Shown: piece after piece, positions 12,975 through 26,968 of the stretch
How the letters are laid out: every line of letters starts with the position of its first letter
Position numbering within the stretch: position 1 is the stretch's first letter
DNA from: Octopus vulgaris
Taxonomy: Eukaryota
Reading direction: 5' to 3'
Assembly (NCBI GenBank): GCA_951406725.2
Contig: OX597814.1
Span: 50,158,001 to 50,222,000 of the forward strand
Length of the DNA stretch: 64,000 bases
Notes under the pieces: generated by a model
Databases searched by the model: none
What the model saw: the letters and a program-made list of their open reading frames with translations, nothing else
Told to the model about the DNA's origin: nothing
Made by a program: the position numbers and the translations under genes

Positions 12975-14285
12975 GTGACCCGAGAATATTACACCAGACT
13001 TAGGAAAATATGGCAGTCGGAACTCTACCCTTACAAAAAAACAATATCCCACAATGCATTTGCAGTACCAATGCTGATACCAACATTCGGGATACTTTAT
13101 TGGCCTGTAGAGGAAATCCACACCATAGATATCAAAACCTGCAAAATCCAGACAACTAGGAACTTCCACAGAAACAGTGATGTTGACAGACAAGAAGAAA
13201 TGAAGGTCGTAGAGGCCTGATATCAGTGCAGACGGCCTTCGAATGCCGTATGGTATCACTCAGGCAGCACCTGCGAAACAACAGCAGCAAAAATAAATAT
13301 ATTAATGCAGTCCTGAAAAGTGAAGTGAGCAAACATTCTACGAGTTGGCAGTGAACACCTCAAGAAATAGTCTCTTCCTGATGATCTCTTATACAGCCCC
13401 AAAACAGTTGGGCTCTCTTGCTTCAGAGAAGACCTCGATGGAAAGCACTCAGCATACAAAAACAAAAAAAGACCATGCATGGGTATGTTTCCTGGAAGCT
13501 TGAAGAAGAGTAGAAATGACATGAAGCGCAGCCTCTCTTGGACACAAGATCACTACATCACATCATACTTTGAAGGTTATGCATTTGCAATCCAGGAACA
13601 GCAGATTGCCACAAAGTACCCGGTGAACAAGGGAGACAGCGACACCGTGCAACCGCATGTGTGGGCTATGTCATGTTTCTGCGGAAGATATTACGCATGT
13701 AATTAGTAACTGTCCTAAAATGTCGTCACGGTACTACCTTTCTATGCGGCACGATGTTCGTTGCTGAAATAATTTACAATGCCATCCGCAAAAAAAAAAA
13801 CTGTCCTGAAATAAACTTAGAAAATCCTTCAGTCATGTAATACATTCATAAACACCAACTCAAGGAATACTGGTGGTATATTCCCATCAAAACTACTATC
13901 AAATGTAAGCATAACAGGCTGGATATTGTTGTTTGAGACAGAGGGGCAAAGGTATATACCATCATAGAGGTTAGATGCCCTGCAGATATAAATATCTCTT
14001 TGAAAGTCAAAGAAAAAGAGGATATTTGGCAATTGCTTCGAAACCTCCAGCTTTCTATATCCAGAAAAAGATTTCATATTTATAGCAATAATAATTGGAG
14101 CAATAAGTTTTGTTAGTAAATGCTTAAAGAAAAATCTGGATAAAATGGGATTTTCAGAAAGAGAAACTGACCGGCTGGTTCGTACAAGTCCAATTTGTGA
14201 GTGGAACAATAAAAATATGAAAGACTTTCTCAAGTTCCAAATTTGAATTTATCTGTGTTAACTACATCCAAAAGATGGAGCCTTG
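12975..14285 (+). mobile_element. 5'-truncated R4/Dong-clade (RLE) LINE remnant
   Basis: TREYYTRLRKIWQSELY..KTISHNAFAVP..FG, EGYAFAIQEQQIATK, a CCHC-like CGLC..EDITHVISNCPK..RHD and an RLE HNRLDIV..IIEVRCP. Flanked by (TACA)n upstream and (CATC)n(CATA)n downstream. Confidence 0.9.
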
Positions 14286-14809
14286 TATCCATCCATCCAT
14301 CCATCCATCCATCCATCCATCCATCCATCCATCCATCCATCCATCCATACATACATACATACATACATACATACATACAATATCTTTGAATGCAGGAAAA
14401 AATCATCAAATCTTAACACAGAACTGAAACTAGTCCATCTGATCTCTCTTTTTCTGACTAGGAAAATATTTTAGATAAATGTAAGTTATTTGTGTACAGT
14501 TTGGCATAAAATCTGTAGATATACTCCGGCTCAATTCACGGTACAACAGTCATTATGCGTATGGAGTATGTAGGCAAAACTGTTGCCGATACTACTTTTA
14601 GTAGTAACAGCAACAGTTTTAACATTCGATTATGTTAATAATCTTTGCCAAATGTGTTATTATTTTCTTCTCAAATAATTCCATCCATAAACCGATACCA
14701 ATTCTTTAAATGAATTAATTTCTTTTCATTTGTATACTTCTATATTTTCGATAAGTGATAGTTTCGGTTCAGATTACTGCTTGTTCATTTAAGTTATCAC
14801 TTTTTCCGT

Positions 14810-15080
14810 TTTATCTTATACTTGCTTCAGTCATTAGATTGCGACTATGCTGGAGTACCGCCTTGATGGATTTTTTCGAAGAAATCGACTCCGGTCTTAT
14901 TCCGTCAACCGGATTCGCCTAACTGCTTCGTTACGGGGATGTAGACAAACCAACACTGGTCATCAAGCAATGGGGGAGAGGCAAACACACACACACACAC
15001 ATACACACCAGATCTGCTCACAAGGTGTTGATCGAACTTGGGTTATAGTAACAGACACTTGCTTAAGGTGTCACGCTACG
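14810..15080 (-). mobile_element. CORE-like Octopus SINE, degraded and partial
   Basis: Reverse complement of the family tail (CTTCAGTCATTAGATTGCGACTATGCTGGAG), an internal (CA)n and the AGACACTTGCTTAAGGTG core. Confidence 0.75.
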
Positions 15081-15299
15081 TTAAGCAGGATGTAGACAAA
15101 ACAACACTGCCCTTATTGAGCAGATGTATGGTGGAAGATATTCTAGCCATAACCAGGAACAGAAAATGTATCTACAACTGAAATGTCTAATTCCCGTTTC
15201 GTGACAAAAGAGAATGGCAGGAGAGAAATTTTACTGCTATTTTTTGCAGGTCACGCGATTAGGTAGAGTCTTACTTAACTCATACTACCAAAACTAATG

Positions 15300-15500
15300 T
15301 TATTATTGTTTGCCGCAATCAACACAGATCAAGTAACTTTACTAATAAAAGCAATCCAGCCATGACTGCCCTGTTTCTTTCTGATTTTCTAGGACTATGC
15401 TATCAAATATATCCTATCCTTATTCTGAATACTGTGGAATGCCACTTAAGGGTGATTTTGCGGCTAATATTACAAGATGTAGTGATTGATTAGAAACTAA
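15300..15500 (-). repeat. Old interspersed repeat (inverted copy of the 31229 family)
   Basis: CCAGCCATGAC...CTAGGACTA...TTAAGGGTGATTTTGCGGCTA, diverged. Confidence 0.5.
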
Positions 15501-16267
15501 TAGTTGCTGGACTAGGTGACAGCTAGTCTTGTTTAAATGTATAAACGCTATACACCTAAATCAACTCAAGACATTTCTAATGAGTGTATGATACTAAAAT
15601 CTATTAAAAAAAACATTACTTGAGAATGCACTAAATAACCTTTATTAAAGTAGCTACGGTTCATTAAAAATGAATGAAACATAGAAATAATGACTTAATT
15701 ATAAGATATCATGAAAACTTCTTATGCAATCTCGCACCAGCTTTTTAAAAATACAATGTCATATTCATATCGTGACATCTTTATCAATACATAAGCCTCT
15801 CCCGTGATATACATATACATATATGCATATATTCATATGTATGTGTGTGTGTTTAAGTTTGTGTATGTATGTATGTATGTATGTATGTATGTATGTTTGT
15901 GCATCTATGTGAATGCGTGTGTATTTTAGCGCCAACGAAATTACTGGAAGCATTTAACCGTTCTCTCTTTCTTTTTTCATTACATTACATTTTGTTTCTT
16001 CTTTAGAATCGTTTATTGAATCTTAAGCCAAGCTAAAGATAGGGTGCAGTAATGTATGAGAGATATCGAGTAACTTGGTACACCGCGTATTTCTTCATTG
16101 CAGCTATTGGTAGTGCTTTGGTAAGCCACCGGTGTGAGTTATTTATACCTGCTGCGTTAAGAGCTCGTGTCAGTTTTTAATTGCATTTTTTTTCGTACTC
16201 GCTAGCTGTTGACAGCGAGATGTGTTTTAGCTCAGTTCACCAATCTCACATTTTTTCTTCCAAAATT

Positions 16268-16276
16268 CTATTACTA

Positions 16277-16346
<70 letters not shown>

Positions 16347-16381
16347 CATTACTATTATTATTATTATTATTATTATTATTT
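16268..16381. repeat. (TTA)n microsatellite
   Basis: Directly visible. Confidence 0.97.
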
Positions 16382-17107
16382 GTGTCCTCTTTTTATTCAA
16401 GTTTCTCCCCCACCCGATTCTCACTCAGTGTGTATGTTTATGTTTATGCAAGTTGAAATATGTATATATATATGTATGAATATATACGTGTCAATGCATA
16501 AAAGAAGAATACGTACATGTTTATATATATATATATATACATACTTACATACATATATATGCGAGTGTTTGTGTGTGTGGGTGTGTGTGTGTATACTTGT
16601 ACAACACAAACAAATACACGTGTGTGAGCATGTATGCTTGTAGGAAATTAAGTATATAAGTGGTTATACTCTTCACATACATACCTATATATGTGTGTAT
16701 GTGTGTGTGAATGTGTGCGTGAGAGAGGGAGTGAGTGTATATATATAAGTTTGAATATATGACTCTGGATGCGTGATCATACTCTCGTACACACCAGGAA
16801 TTTCCTCTACGGCTATACTTAACGAGAAGGTAAGCTAGTTATTTAAACAAGTTTACATGTAAGAGTTACCTGTAATAGAGACTTCTAGTTTAGCGAAAAA
16901 GAGGTTCAATTAGTTACCTAGTGCATCGCCAGATTCTAATGATGTCTTGGTTCCATTTTTAAATGTATCTGAAATGTTAATATTGTTACACTTCAATAAT
17001 GAAATTGATTGTATAGTTAATTAAAAAAAAGGAGGACATTTGATACACATACTCAGACACATGCACACACACGCGCACATACACACACTCACACTCTTCC
17101 ATGTATG

Positions 17108-17143
<36 letters not shown>

Positions 17144-17428
17144 CACATGGAAGATTCAATCAGAATATTTAATGTGTTTTGTTACTGTTTACACTTTATG
17201 CTTGTATGTATATAGACAGTCGTTTACACACACATACACACACATGCACACACACACACACACACACATACACACAGATATACTTACATATATATATATA
17301 AATATATATACGGGTAGATACACTTTAATTTGTGTATATATAACTATGTATATGTATGTACTTATATAATTATATCTTTATTTCTCTCTCTTTCTCTTTC
17401 TCGGTTTCTTTCCGTCGCTCTCTCTCTC

Positions 17429-17506
<78 letters not shown>

Positions 17507-17539
17507 TATGTATACATATATGTAACTATATTCTGGTCT

Positions 17540-18888
17540 TATTGTTATTATTTTCTCTCTATCACAGGTTTTGTCGGAGCACCTGGTGTCTTGGATGTGT
17601 ATCAGGTTTACTACCTGTAGCCTACGGTAGCATGCTATTCGTTCTTTACAGCTAATACCTTCGTGATTATTCTGGCTGTGCCTAGGATGCAAAACTTTTG
17701 TAACAGTTCTACTGGGCACTTTATTCTTATCTCCTTTATATTCCTCTTGATGCCTTCTGATACTGTCCCCAAAGACCTAACAATATTTGACACTATCTTC
17801 ACCTTCTTCATTTCCCCTAGCCGGGCTATTTCGTACTTAAGAGGGTTGTATCTACCTATCTTTTCGCCTTCTTTCTTGACTATTCATGGGTCAAAGGGGC
17901 GTGCAACATCAACTATATAGCATATGTGGTGCACCTTGTCCACCACCACTAGGTTCGGTCTGTTATGCTCTAGCACCCGATCTGTTTGTATTTGGAAATC
18001 CCAGTGGATTTTGCTAGTCTCCGACTCCGCCACTCTCTGTGGTTTGTGCTGATACCACGTCTTACCTCTCTCAAGCCCCTACGTTTCGCAATGTAGCACT
18101 TTTTCCAATGTAGCACTTTCGCTACCTGGTCGTGTCGCCACAACTTGTTCGAGATATGGGCAATGGTTTCATCCACTCTATTGTTCATTCTCCAGGTTAA
18201 CCATCTAGTTTGTGGCCAAAACTTGATTCTGCGCTGCCAGCATAGTGCTCTCAGTCTCTTTTTTAGAGTTCCTTTCATCAGCTAATCCCATTATGTCTTC
18301 CAGCAACTTTTGTTGTGGGTAAATGGAGTTGGTTGTGCAGTCTTTGTTGCGTAATTCTTCTTCATGTCCTTTTTGTACTTCTTCCTTGTTTTCTTTGGGC
18401 TAGGTATCTCATTAAACTCTCGAGTTCGATACGCACGCAGTCTTCCACATTTATCAGTCCCCTTCCTCCATTTGCTCTCATCATGTATAGGCGATCAGTG
18501 TCTGCATTAGATGATGGGTTTCAGGCATCGTTAGGAGCTTTTTTACTTCCTCTCCACCTCCTTTAACTCATCCTCCGTCCACTTCAGATTCCAGCGCTAT
18601 ACGAACGACAGCGACTGCGCGTGAGTTTATTGCCGAAATTATGTTTCTTGTATTCAGCTTTGAGGTCAATATTTTCCTCAATCGCAGCAGGAACTCTCTT
18701 TTTGTCTTTTCCTTCATGTCGTGGTGTTTGATTCCATCTTCCTCAAGTATTCCCAGGTATTTATAGCTGGAGTGCGGTTGAATTGCATGCATCATTTCAC
18801 CACTTGGCAACCATATGCCTTCTGTCCTGGCAAGATTTCCTCGTTTCATCACCATCGTAGCACATTTTGGGAGTCCAAACTCTATCTT
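17540..18888 (-). mobile_element. 5'-truncated R4/Dong-clade LINE bounded by TAA repeats
   Basis: IEFGLPKCA..KRG..YKYLGILE..LRKILTSKLN..AINSRAVAVVR, ETIAHIS..RHDQVAKVLHW and RLE W.F.IQTD..EHNRPNL. The 3' end has an AATAATAACAATAAG tail at about 17540-17555, and the 5' end abuts (AAT)n. Confidence 0.9.
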
Positions 18889-19177
<289 letters not shown>

Positions 19178-19349
19178 CTGACATACACAGCTTGTTGCTA
19201 GAGGTGGCATTAATATACCAGCTATTCGCTTCCCGTGAACTAATGTGGTACGTTCTTTGCAAATCGAGGAGAATTTGCGGAGGCTCTTTGCGCGGCCAAT
19301 TAAATTTCTTTTCAGAATGAGCTCTATTTTAATTTTTATGCTTATTTTT

Positions 19350-22120
19350 GTCACTGAACCACGGGCATCAACAAATACTGATACGGCAGATACACTTTCG
19401 TTGACTATAGCGTTTTGTTTTCTCTCTTCAGAGCTTCATATCTCGACAGCTTTCTCCTTTTTTTTTTGCCAATTCTGTTGTCCCTAGACCCCGAGATGCC
19501 TATGATCCTGTGCGATTTTTCTCCCTTGCCTACCAGCACAGTATCTCGTTTCCCTTGTTCGATTCCATTGAATTCCATTGTTCGATCTCATTGAATCATG
19601 ATGTCCGAAAGGACTTTTGCTGTCTTTTCTTTTCACCATATCCTTTGGCTCATGCAGATTTTCTCGCCTTTTTCCTACCCAAACTTGTTGCATAGTTCCC
19701 AGTGGACCATTCTGAAGACATTGTCAGGCTTCTCTTGTATTCTCTCTGAGCCAGTTTACTATATTCCCTTAGAATATACTAAGGTATTTTTCCAGTTTCA
19801 CCACATATTCTACATTTGTCCGATTCTAAGGAATGGTCAATTCTTTTCTTGATGCAGTTTGTTCTGAAAGCTTTTCCTGTGCTGAACATATTAAGTCCTC
19901 TATTTCAGGTTTCAGCTCACATTTCTGTAACCACATCTATCTTTTATCTGAATTTTGAGTCCCTTGGTATCTCCCTAAGGACTAACCGTACGTTTTCTTA
20001 TACGTTCAGCTGTTTTCCCTCTTTGTGCCTGTCTTCTTTTTATATTTCATCTTATCTTGACTGATTTATTTATGTAATAAACCTGCCTTACTTGCACAAG
20101 TACTGCTTTCTTTACGTTCTTTATATATCATGAAATACTGTTTTTCTCTGACTGAATACAATACTCACAACTTTTCAATCCCTGCCCAACTCTTATTACG
20201 TATAGTCTGACAATATTACTTTTCGGGTGGAACGCACCGTGTACTGTCAATAGTCTTCTTATTTTCTTGCAGTTAGTCTGTTTTTCAACGTATCATTCCT
20301 GCTCCATATCTCAAGAGCGCAGTTGCACATGTTTTTGTTACATGAAACGTATTCCTCCATTCAATTCAAAATCAATCTCAGCCTTCTGTATTTCACCATC
20401 TATTTGTTAGAATTTATCTCAACACACACACCACACTTTTTCAATCCAAATTCCATTCTAAGGTCCGTGCTAGAGTAATGTACCGTATAAATCAGTAAAT
20501 TCAGCTGATTTTCCTTTTTCCCATAATAGGCGGTTGATCTTATCTTTCTTTTCTTTAAACTCATACGCAGTTTTCGTTTTTCTCGAATTCAAAGTCAATG
20601 GTATCATATACAAGGCAAAAAGCAATAGTAACAAACTATATCCAAGGAAGATTCCACTTTTGATTTTGATAAAATCTCATCTCTGCTTCCCCAATATGAG
20701 TTCACTGGTCCATTCATTCATAATGTTGCTCAACAAGTTCGAGATATTGTTTGCAATTGCAAATATCTTCAAGTACTCCATAATCCACGAATGAGGAACC
20801 ATATCGCCTGCTTCCCGGTAGTTATCCACGTCATCACGAAGTCCATTCTGCGCTCTTTGGAGTCTTCAGCACTGTCATATTAATAAATACCAGCTATTTG
20901 GTTTCTCTGCATCCCTTTTGCACCCATTTTGCTATTCCGGTTGGGTCCTATAATAGCACTTCGTAACGACTGCATTGATCTCTTTGCTCCAATTTTTCTC
21001 GATTCCTGTATGCTAATAGTCACAGGTTCATGACTGGATCCGCGACTGCTCAGTGGAACACCTACTGGACACGGTATCTTCACCACTTTTTCTAGTTCCA
21101 TTAACGCTGTTACCAATAATACGTTGTTCCTGCTTCCGTTTTAATTGATCCACTTTCTTAAAGCTACAGAATTCTCCGACTTTGCTGTTTCGACGACACG
21201 ATCTAAAAGTCTCTCCTATTTATCTGTGATGCTTGTATCTGTTATTGTTAACATCTGCATTTCTTCTGTAGTTTGAGGAGCTTTATTAGATCAGCTCACC
21301 TATTCTGTTAGCACTGCTACGGTCTTCTGCATTACCATCGACTTTGGATATTCTTTTCCAAATTACGCGAGTCCTGTATCTGTTAACCAGCCTTTCCTTT
21401 TTATGGTTCTGATCTGGTTGCATATTTGTTGCTATATTGTTTCATATATTTCTCGTTGCTACCAGTCGCGGTATAACTTTTTTTTTACATATCCTCTTAT
21501 TGGAACACCATTTTCATCTGTGAGTTGGGTCCTATAATAGTACTTCATAACGATTGCGTTGGTCACTTTGATCCACTTTTTCTCGATTCTTGAATGCTAA
21601 TAGTCACAGGTCCACGACTGGGTCCGCGACTGCTCAATGGAACACCTGCTGGACACGGCATCTTCACCTCTTTTTCTAGTTCCATTAACGTTGTTACCTA
21701 TATTTCCTTCAAAGTTTTAACACATAGAGACACTTTAAGCTTTGTTTTATATTCGTGACACCATCACTAGATGAATAACCAACCAATGTTCGGAGATATT
21801 TCATCCACTTTCATTGTAGGGCAGTTAAGCCGGTTGGGATTATACACTGATATTTCTAATACTACACTTGGATTTTTGTCAAAGTTATCCATTTTTCTCG
21901 GTTGCCCTGCAAACTGCTGCTTGTAAGCTCTCGATCACAATCTCCTCGCTTTTATGGAAAGGTATCTCCAAAGTCTAAGACGTTGAGGGGTTAGTAATCA
22001 GCTCGAAAAGTCATGGGGGACTGTTTTTGGGGACGACCAGGCATTCTGAGACATGACTGTACAGTGAACAGAGATTGACAGTTTGGTGTAGTAATTAGGA
22101 GGGAGGTCTCGAGCAAAAAT
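19350..22120 (-). mobile_element. Rearranged, decayed R4/Dong-clade LINE including putative 5' UTR and duplicated N-terminus
   Basis: N-terminal KKW.K..NAIVMKYYY..DENGVPIRGY, an RT segment DMVPHSWIMEYL at about 20770-20810, GMEFGLKKCG at about 20430-20460, and RLE remnants near 19400-19650. Many stops. Confidence 0.8.
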
Positions 22121-22129
22121 CTAAAAATT

Positions 22130-22400
22130 ATCATCCGACGATACACATCTTTGACAGCAAATATGCAATCGGCAGTTTGGTGTGGTCAAGGATTCCCAAT
22201 CCATCGTGCTGTTCGAACATGGCGGCTTTTAGCTTCAAACTGTTCGGTCCAATGTAGAACATTCTTTGGAAACAAATATTTGATGAAAGGACGTGTTGAA
22301 AGTGGTTGCGAAGAAGTAGGTACAATAGTCAACACAAAGGAGATCAATGAGTTGGTTTGTGCGAACGCGCAATTTCATCGCTTTCGACGGAGGATATTTT
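22130..22400 (+). mobile_element. Old mariner transposase 3' fragment
   Basis: Translation PSCCSNMAAFSFKLFGPM..F.E..KWL..INELV...FIAFDGGYF follows the mariner C-terminal pattern (PYSPDLAPSDFHLFGP..W..GI..L..GxY). Confidence 0.55.
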
Positions 22401-23540
22401 GTGCTGTACCGTTGTATAAATGATGAGTTAGTTACTCCACCGACTTGTACAATTTGAATGACTTATGTCACTAAATAAAAAGAAAATGGTATGACTACTT
22501 TTGCATTCTTTCGATCCAACTCTCTATTTCATTGTCTGTCCTTTATTATAACTGGAGAAAATTATTATTACCAGAACTGAATCTCATTTTAGTGAATTAA
22601 TGCGTGTTTTTAAAATTCGAACCCAATATATTTATACATCTATAAAATGCAATGAAAAAGCAGTATGTTCCCAGTTCAGCTACTTTTATTTCTTAAATAT
22701 TAAAAGAACTATTTATAGTTACGTATAATTTCCAATATCGTCATAATAGCATCAATAATTATCCTCTATGAAGCGGTAAATAGAGTTTTCAATAAAGATA
22801 GCTATTTAAATTCTTAGGTTAATTGCATTTTCTTCAGCATCAACTGGATCAGAAATTAAACTGACAATGTGTATATCGTGTGTGACACGAGTGATTCATA
22901 TTTCGTCTGACACCTTTCGTCGAAATAATTATCAGTCGGTACTGGAAATCTCTTCACATTTTTTTTCTTTTTTATGTAATTTTGGTAGGATAGATTTTAT
23001 GTGAAAGGACGACTAACAAATAAAAATTTCCATCATACATACATACATACACAAACAAATATGCATAATTACGTACACGCATGCACAAATAAATAAAACA
23101 CACCTATATGCATTTATGCATATATATTGACGTGTAAATGGATACATATATGGCACCTTATTAAAATACACCCAAAGAATGACGGATAGATCTTTATGAA
23201 ACATTTGATCCACTAGTTAAATTATTCGCTACAATGATCTAGGGAAGAAAATCTTTGAACATATGACATCCATGTGAACATGTTCGTATTAATCTTATTA
23301 GGACACAGGGTTTGATAAAATAGATTAACTTCTCTTAGATTAATATGTGAAGCGTATTGCTTAATACTTTGGAACATAATATTTCACAATCGAGATGATA
23401 CTACCGATGATATAACCTGTTATAGTGAAAATTAATAGTCATCTACATTCACACAGCAATTGCCCTGATTGCAAGAGAGAGACAGAGAGAGGGACAGAGA
23501 GGAGAGAAAGAGGAGAGAGAGGAGAAAGAGAGAGAGAGAG

Positions 23541-23571
<31 letters not shown>

Positions 23572-24649
23572 TGAGGACACAGCTGACTAAATATCCAGTC
23601 CGGAAAATATTACTGGTACGAAATGGAGCCATTGGGATTTGAGCACACACAATATTCAGGTACAGAACTAAATATTGTAAACTGTCTGATCTAACTCGCT
23701 ACTATTGTCCCTAAGGATAACTAATAATTGTAATGGTAGTAGTTGCTGGTCATGACAAGATCATCAGCAGTTGCCCGAAAATGTCAGCCAGATATTACCT
23801 TCCTATGAGACATGACAGCGTAACAATAGTTGGAAGCAATGACATTTATAGTATAAGATTGTTCTAGTGGAAATTAAAAATATACCAACGGATGTATTTA
23901 CTTTTTGGAAAACAAGAAATATTTGTGAAACATAGCGGTTAAAACTTTTATCAAACGCAAATATAATCGTATAAATATTCCATGAGATAGATGCCTTAAA
24001 TGTGTGCACTTACAAGCCAGTTACCCAACGGCCGTTAAACTTTCAGCAAAAGATATAAAAGATAATTTATCCTCAAAAGATGATGCATAGCTAAAATCTT
24101 TGTCGCACTTATCTATGTAATGCTAAGAAGGTTGGGGAATCTGAAAGGAAGTGACCCGTCATCTAAATACTTTTGGTATATTGCTCTTAATGCAAACTAA
24201 TTCCCAGCTCTTAATGTAAAACTGAAGTTTACAAACAAGAAATTTATTTAATGTATACACTTTTAATATAATTTTGAATTCGCTCTGAATTACATCACTG
24301 GATTATTGGTTGTCTCAAAAAACTTCGGTTGTATACAATACGAAATATTCTGAGTAATTCATTTGTAGAAAAATATATTTATGTATTTTAAAATCTTTAT
24401 TAAGGGATATGAGTTTGTTTGTCACTTCCATCTCCATTGTTTTTTTCCTTTGTTCTGGTGTGTATTTGGAAAATTGTGGAGTCAAATGACAAGCACACAA
24501 CCACAAAACAATACCAGGCAGAAATAATATAACGCTTACTAGTAACAATTATCTTATATAAAATATGTCAAGCTAACTATAACATTAGTTTATTATACTC
24601 ATAAAACATCAAATTTGGGAATGTGTACTCAAATGATACAAATTATAAT

Positions 24650-24866
24650 AATGGTTTCAAAATTTCGCTCAAGGCGAGCAAGCTCGGGGAAGAGGGTAAG
24701 TTGATTACATAGCTTCCAGTACTCAACTGGTACTCTTTTAATTCACCCCGAAAGGGTGAAAGGCAAAGTCGACCTCGGCGATATTTGAATTCAGAACGTG
24801 AAGATGGACAAAATGTCTTCAAGCATTTTGCTCGGCGTGCTAACGATACTGCCAGGTCACCGCCTT
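24650..24866 (-). mobile_element. Deu/Nin-type SINE monomer
   Basis: GAAAGGCAAAGTCGACCTCGGCG...TTTGCTCGGCGTGCTAACG...CACCGCC on the plus strand. Confidence 0.88.
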
Positions 24867-25149
24867 AGTAATATAGTAATATAGTAATAAAGTAAGTCAA
24901 ACCTTCAGCGTATGCGCAGTAATGCTAACCTCATGCTAGAAACCACGACAAAACAATTTGCAAATGACTGATAGAAATATGGCATCAACACTAAAAGAAA
25001 AATTAAAGTTCACTGAAAAGGAATAAGAATTAAATGTAGCAGTGGCCCTAAAATTTCTCATCCAGTACTAAACAAATCATGGTATATCGTCACTACAATA
25101 ATTTCCTCCAAGAGATAAAATAAAAGAGCACAAAAAGTCTAAAGACTGG

Positions 25150-25360
25150 CTTATCGGTTTCCATGACGCACAAGTGACCGAGATCTCATCAGTATCTCTT
25201 AGTAGGATGCCAGTCCGTCGTAGGGTTGCTCATTTACAGTTGAGTGAAATGGAACAATGTGAAAAAGAAGTGTTTTGCTCAAGAACACAACACACTGCTT
25301 AGTTCAGGAATCGAAACCATAATCTTGAGTGCAACACTAACAACTACGCCATGTGCCTTC
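25150..25360 (-). mobile_element. tRNA-derived SINE (GGCGCATGGC head family), degraded
   Basis: Minus strand GAAGGCACATGGCGTAG..GGTTTCGATTCC..GTTGTGTTCTTGAGCAAAACACTT, with a V/Meta-like tail. Confidence 0.7.
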
Positions 25361-25569
25361 ATATACTACTTACTATACCACCACTACAATAATTACATCT
25401 AGAAAAGTTTTTTAAAAAAAGGAAGATAATGCTGAACAGTTGATGGAAGTTAGTAATTAATTATTCTAAAAGAATGCACCGGATCAATATGACAAAAAGT
25501 TTTATAAAAAAGTTAAATTGAAGTACATGATGAAACATAAAAATGTAACATATCTGTGAAATCAATATT

Positions 25570-25755
25570 GATTTCTAACGGAGACACAGCGCCTAGACTG
25601 TGGCAGAAGGGAAGAGTTAATTAAAACAAACTCAGTACTTCAGTGGTACTCCATTTTATCAACCGGGATTTATAAATCAGAACTTAAAAATTGAGTACAA
25701 ATACCACAAAGCATTTTACCTGACGTTTTCACGATTCTGCATATTGCCGCCCTTC
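25570..25755 (-). mobile_element. Highly degraded Deu/Nin-type SINE
   Basis: CAGTACTTCAGTGGTACT..TTTATC..AGCATTTTACCTGACG..CGATTCTGC..TGCCGCC, head-to-head with the next copy. Confidence 0.55.
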
Positions 25756-25780
25756 GTGTATTGAATATTATATACGCGCA

Positions 25781-26345
25781 AGGCGGCGAGCTGGCCGAAA
25801 CGTTAGCACGCCGGGCGAAATGCTTAGCAGTGTTTCGTCTGCCGCTACGTTCTGAGTTCAAATTCCCCTGAGGTCGACTTTGCCTTTCATCCCTTCAGGG
25901 TCGATAAATTAAGTACCAGTTACGCACTGGGGTCGATGTAATCTGCTTAATCCCTTTGTTTGTCCTCTCTGTGTTTAGTCCCTTGTGGGTAGTAAAGAAA
26001 TAGGTATTTCATCTGCCGCTACGTTCTGAGTTCAAATTCCGCCGAGGTCGACTTTGCCTTTCATCCTTTCGGATAAATTAAGTACCAGTTACACACTGAA
26101 GTCGAAATAATCGACTTAATCGGTTTGTCTGTCCTCGTTTGTCCTCTCTGTGTTTAGCCCTTGTGGGTAGTAAAAAAATAGGTATTTCGTCTGTCTTTAT
26201 GTTCTGAGTTCAAATTCCGCCGAGGTTGACTTTGCCTTTCATCCTTTCGGTGTCGATAAATTAAGTACTTGTTGCGTACTGGGGTCGATCTAATCAACTG
26301 GCCCCCTCCCCAAAAACATTTCAGGCCTTGTGCTTTAGAGTAATA
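25781..26345 (+). mobile_element. Deu/Nin-type SINE with trimeric body
   Basis: One head GGCGGCGAGCTGGCCGAAACG, then three copies of the B-box plus core module starting at about 25829, 26003 and 26181, and a terminal GGCCTTGTGC tail. Confidence 0.92.
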
Positions 26346-26926
26346 GGTTTCTGTATTTTTTTACATAACGGGTTTTGATTCGTGGAACATCTGGAAGCTA
26401 TCTCTAGCAGAAACAACGAACATGTCAGAATATCCTCGTTCTGGTTACCTGTCATATATACACTGAATCAAACGCTGATGAGTTTCAAATGTTTTACTTA
26501 TCAATGCAATTGGTAACCGAAGGTTATTCACATCTATCAATTGAATCTTAGGCTCAGGTATTACCTTATAATGATGTTACAACTTGGAGTAATTTCTTCG
26601 TAATAATAATTTCAAAATGAGTTGACCGAATATAAATTTATTGAATTATGATCGGATATCGACTGAAGTAACCACATAGCTTACAAACAATTTGATTTTG
26701 ATGTGAATTATTTCTATATAACGAATGACATATATATATATATATGTGTGTGTGTGTTATTGTATTTGTGTAAATGTATACATGCACACACAAGAACACA
26801 CGTAAATACGCACGCAGATACATCTGCGTTTGTATGTGTGTATATATGTGTACATTCCCACATACATATACACACAAACATATATATATTTATATATATA
26901 TATATACATAAATATATATATATATA

Positions 26927-26968
<42 letters not shown>

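Noticed and set aside
26470-26535. CTGATGAG...GAAG hammerhead-like text
   Set aside because: No stem I or III pairing and no cleavage triplet in the right place.
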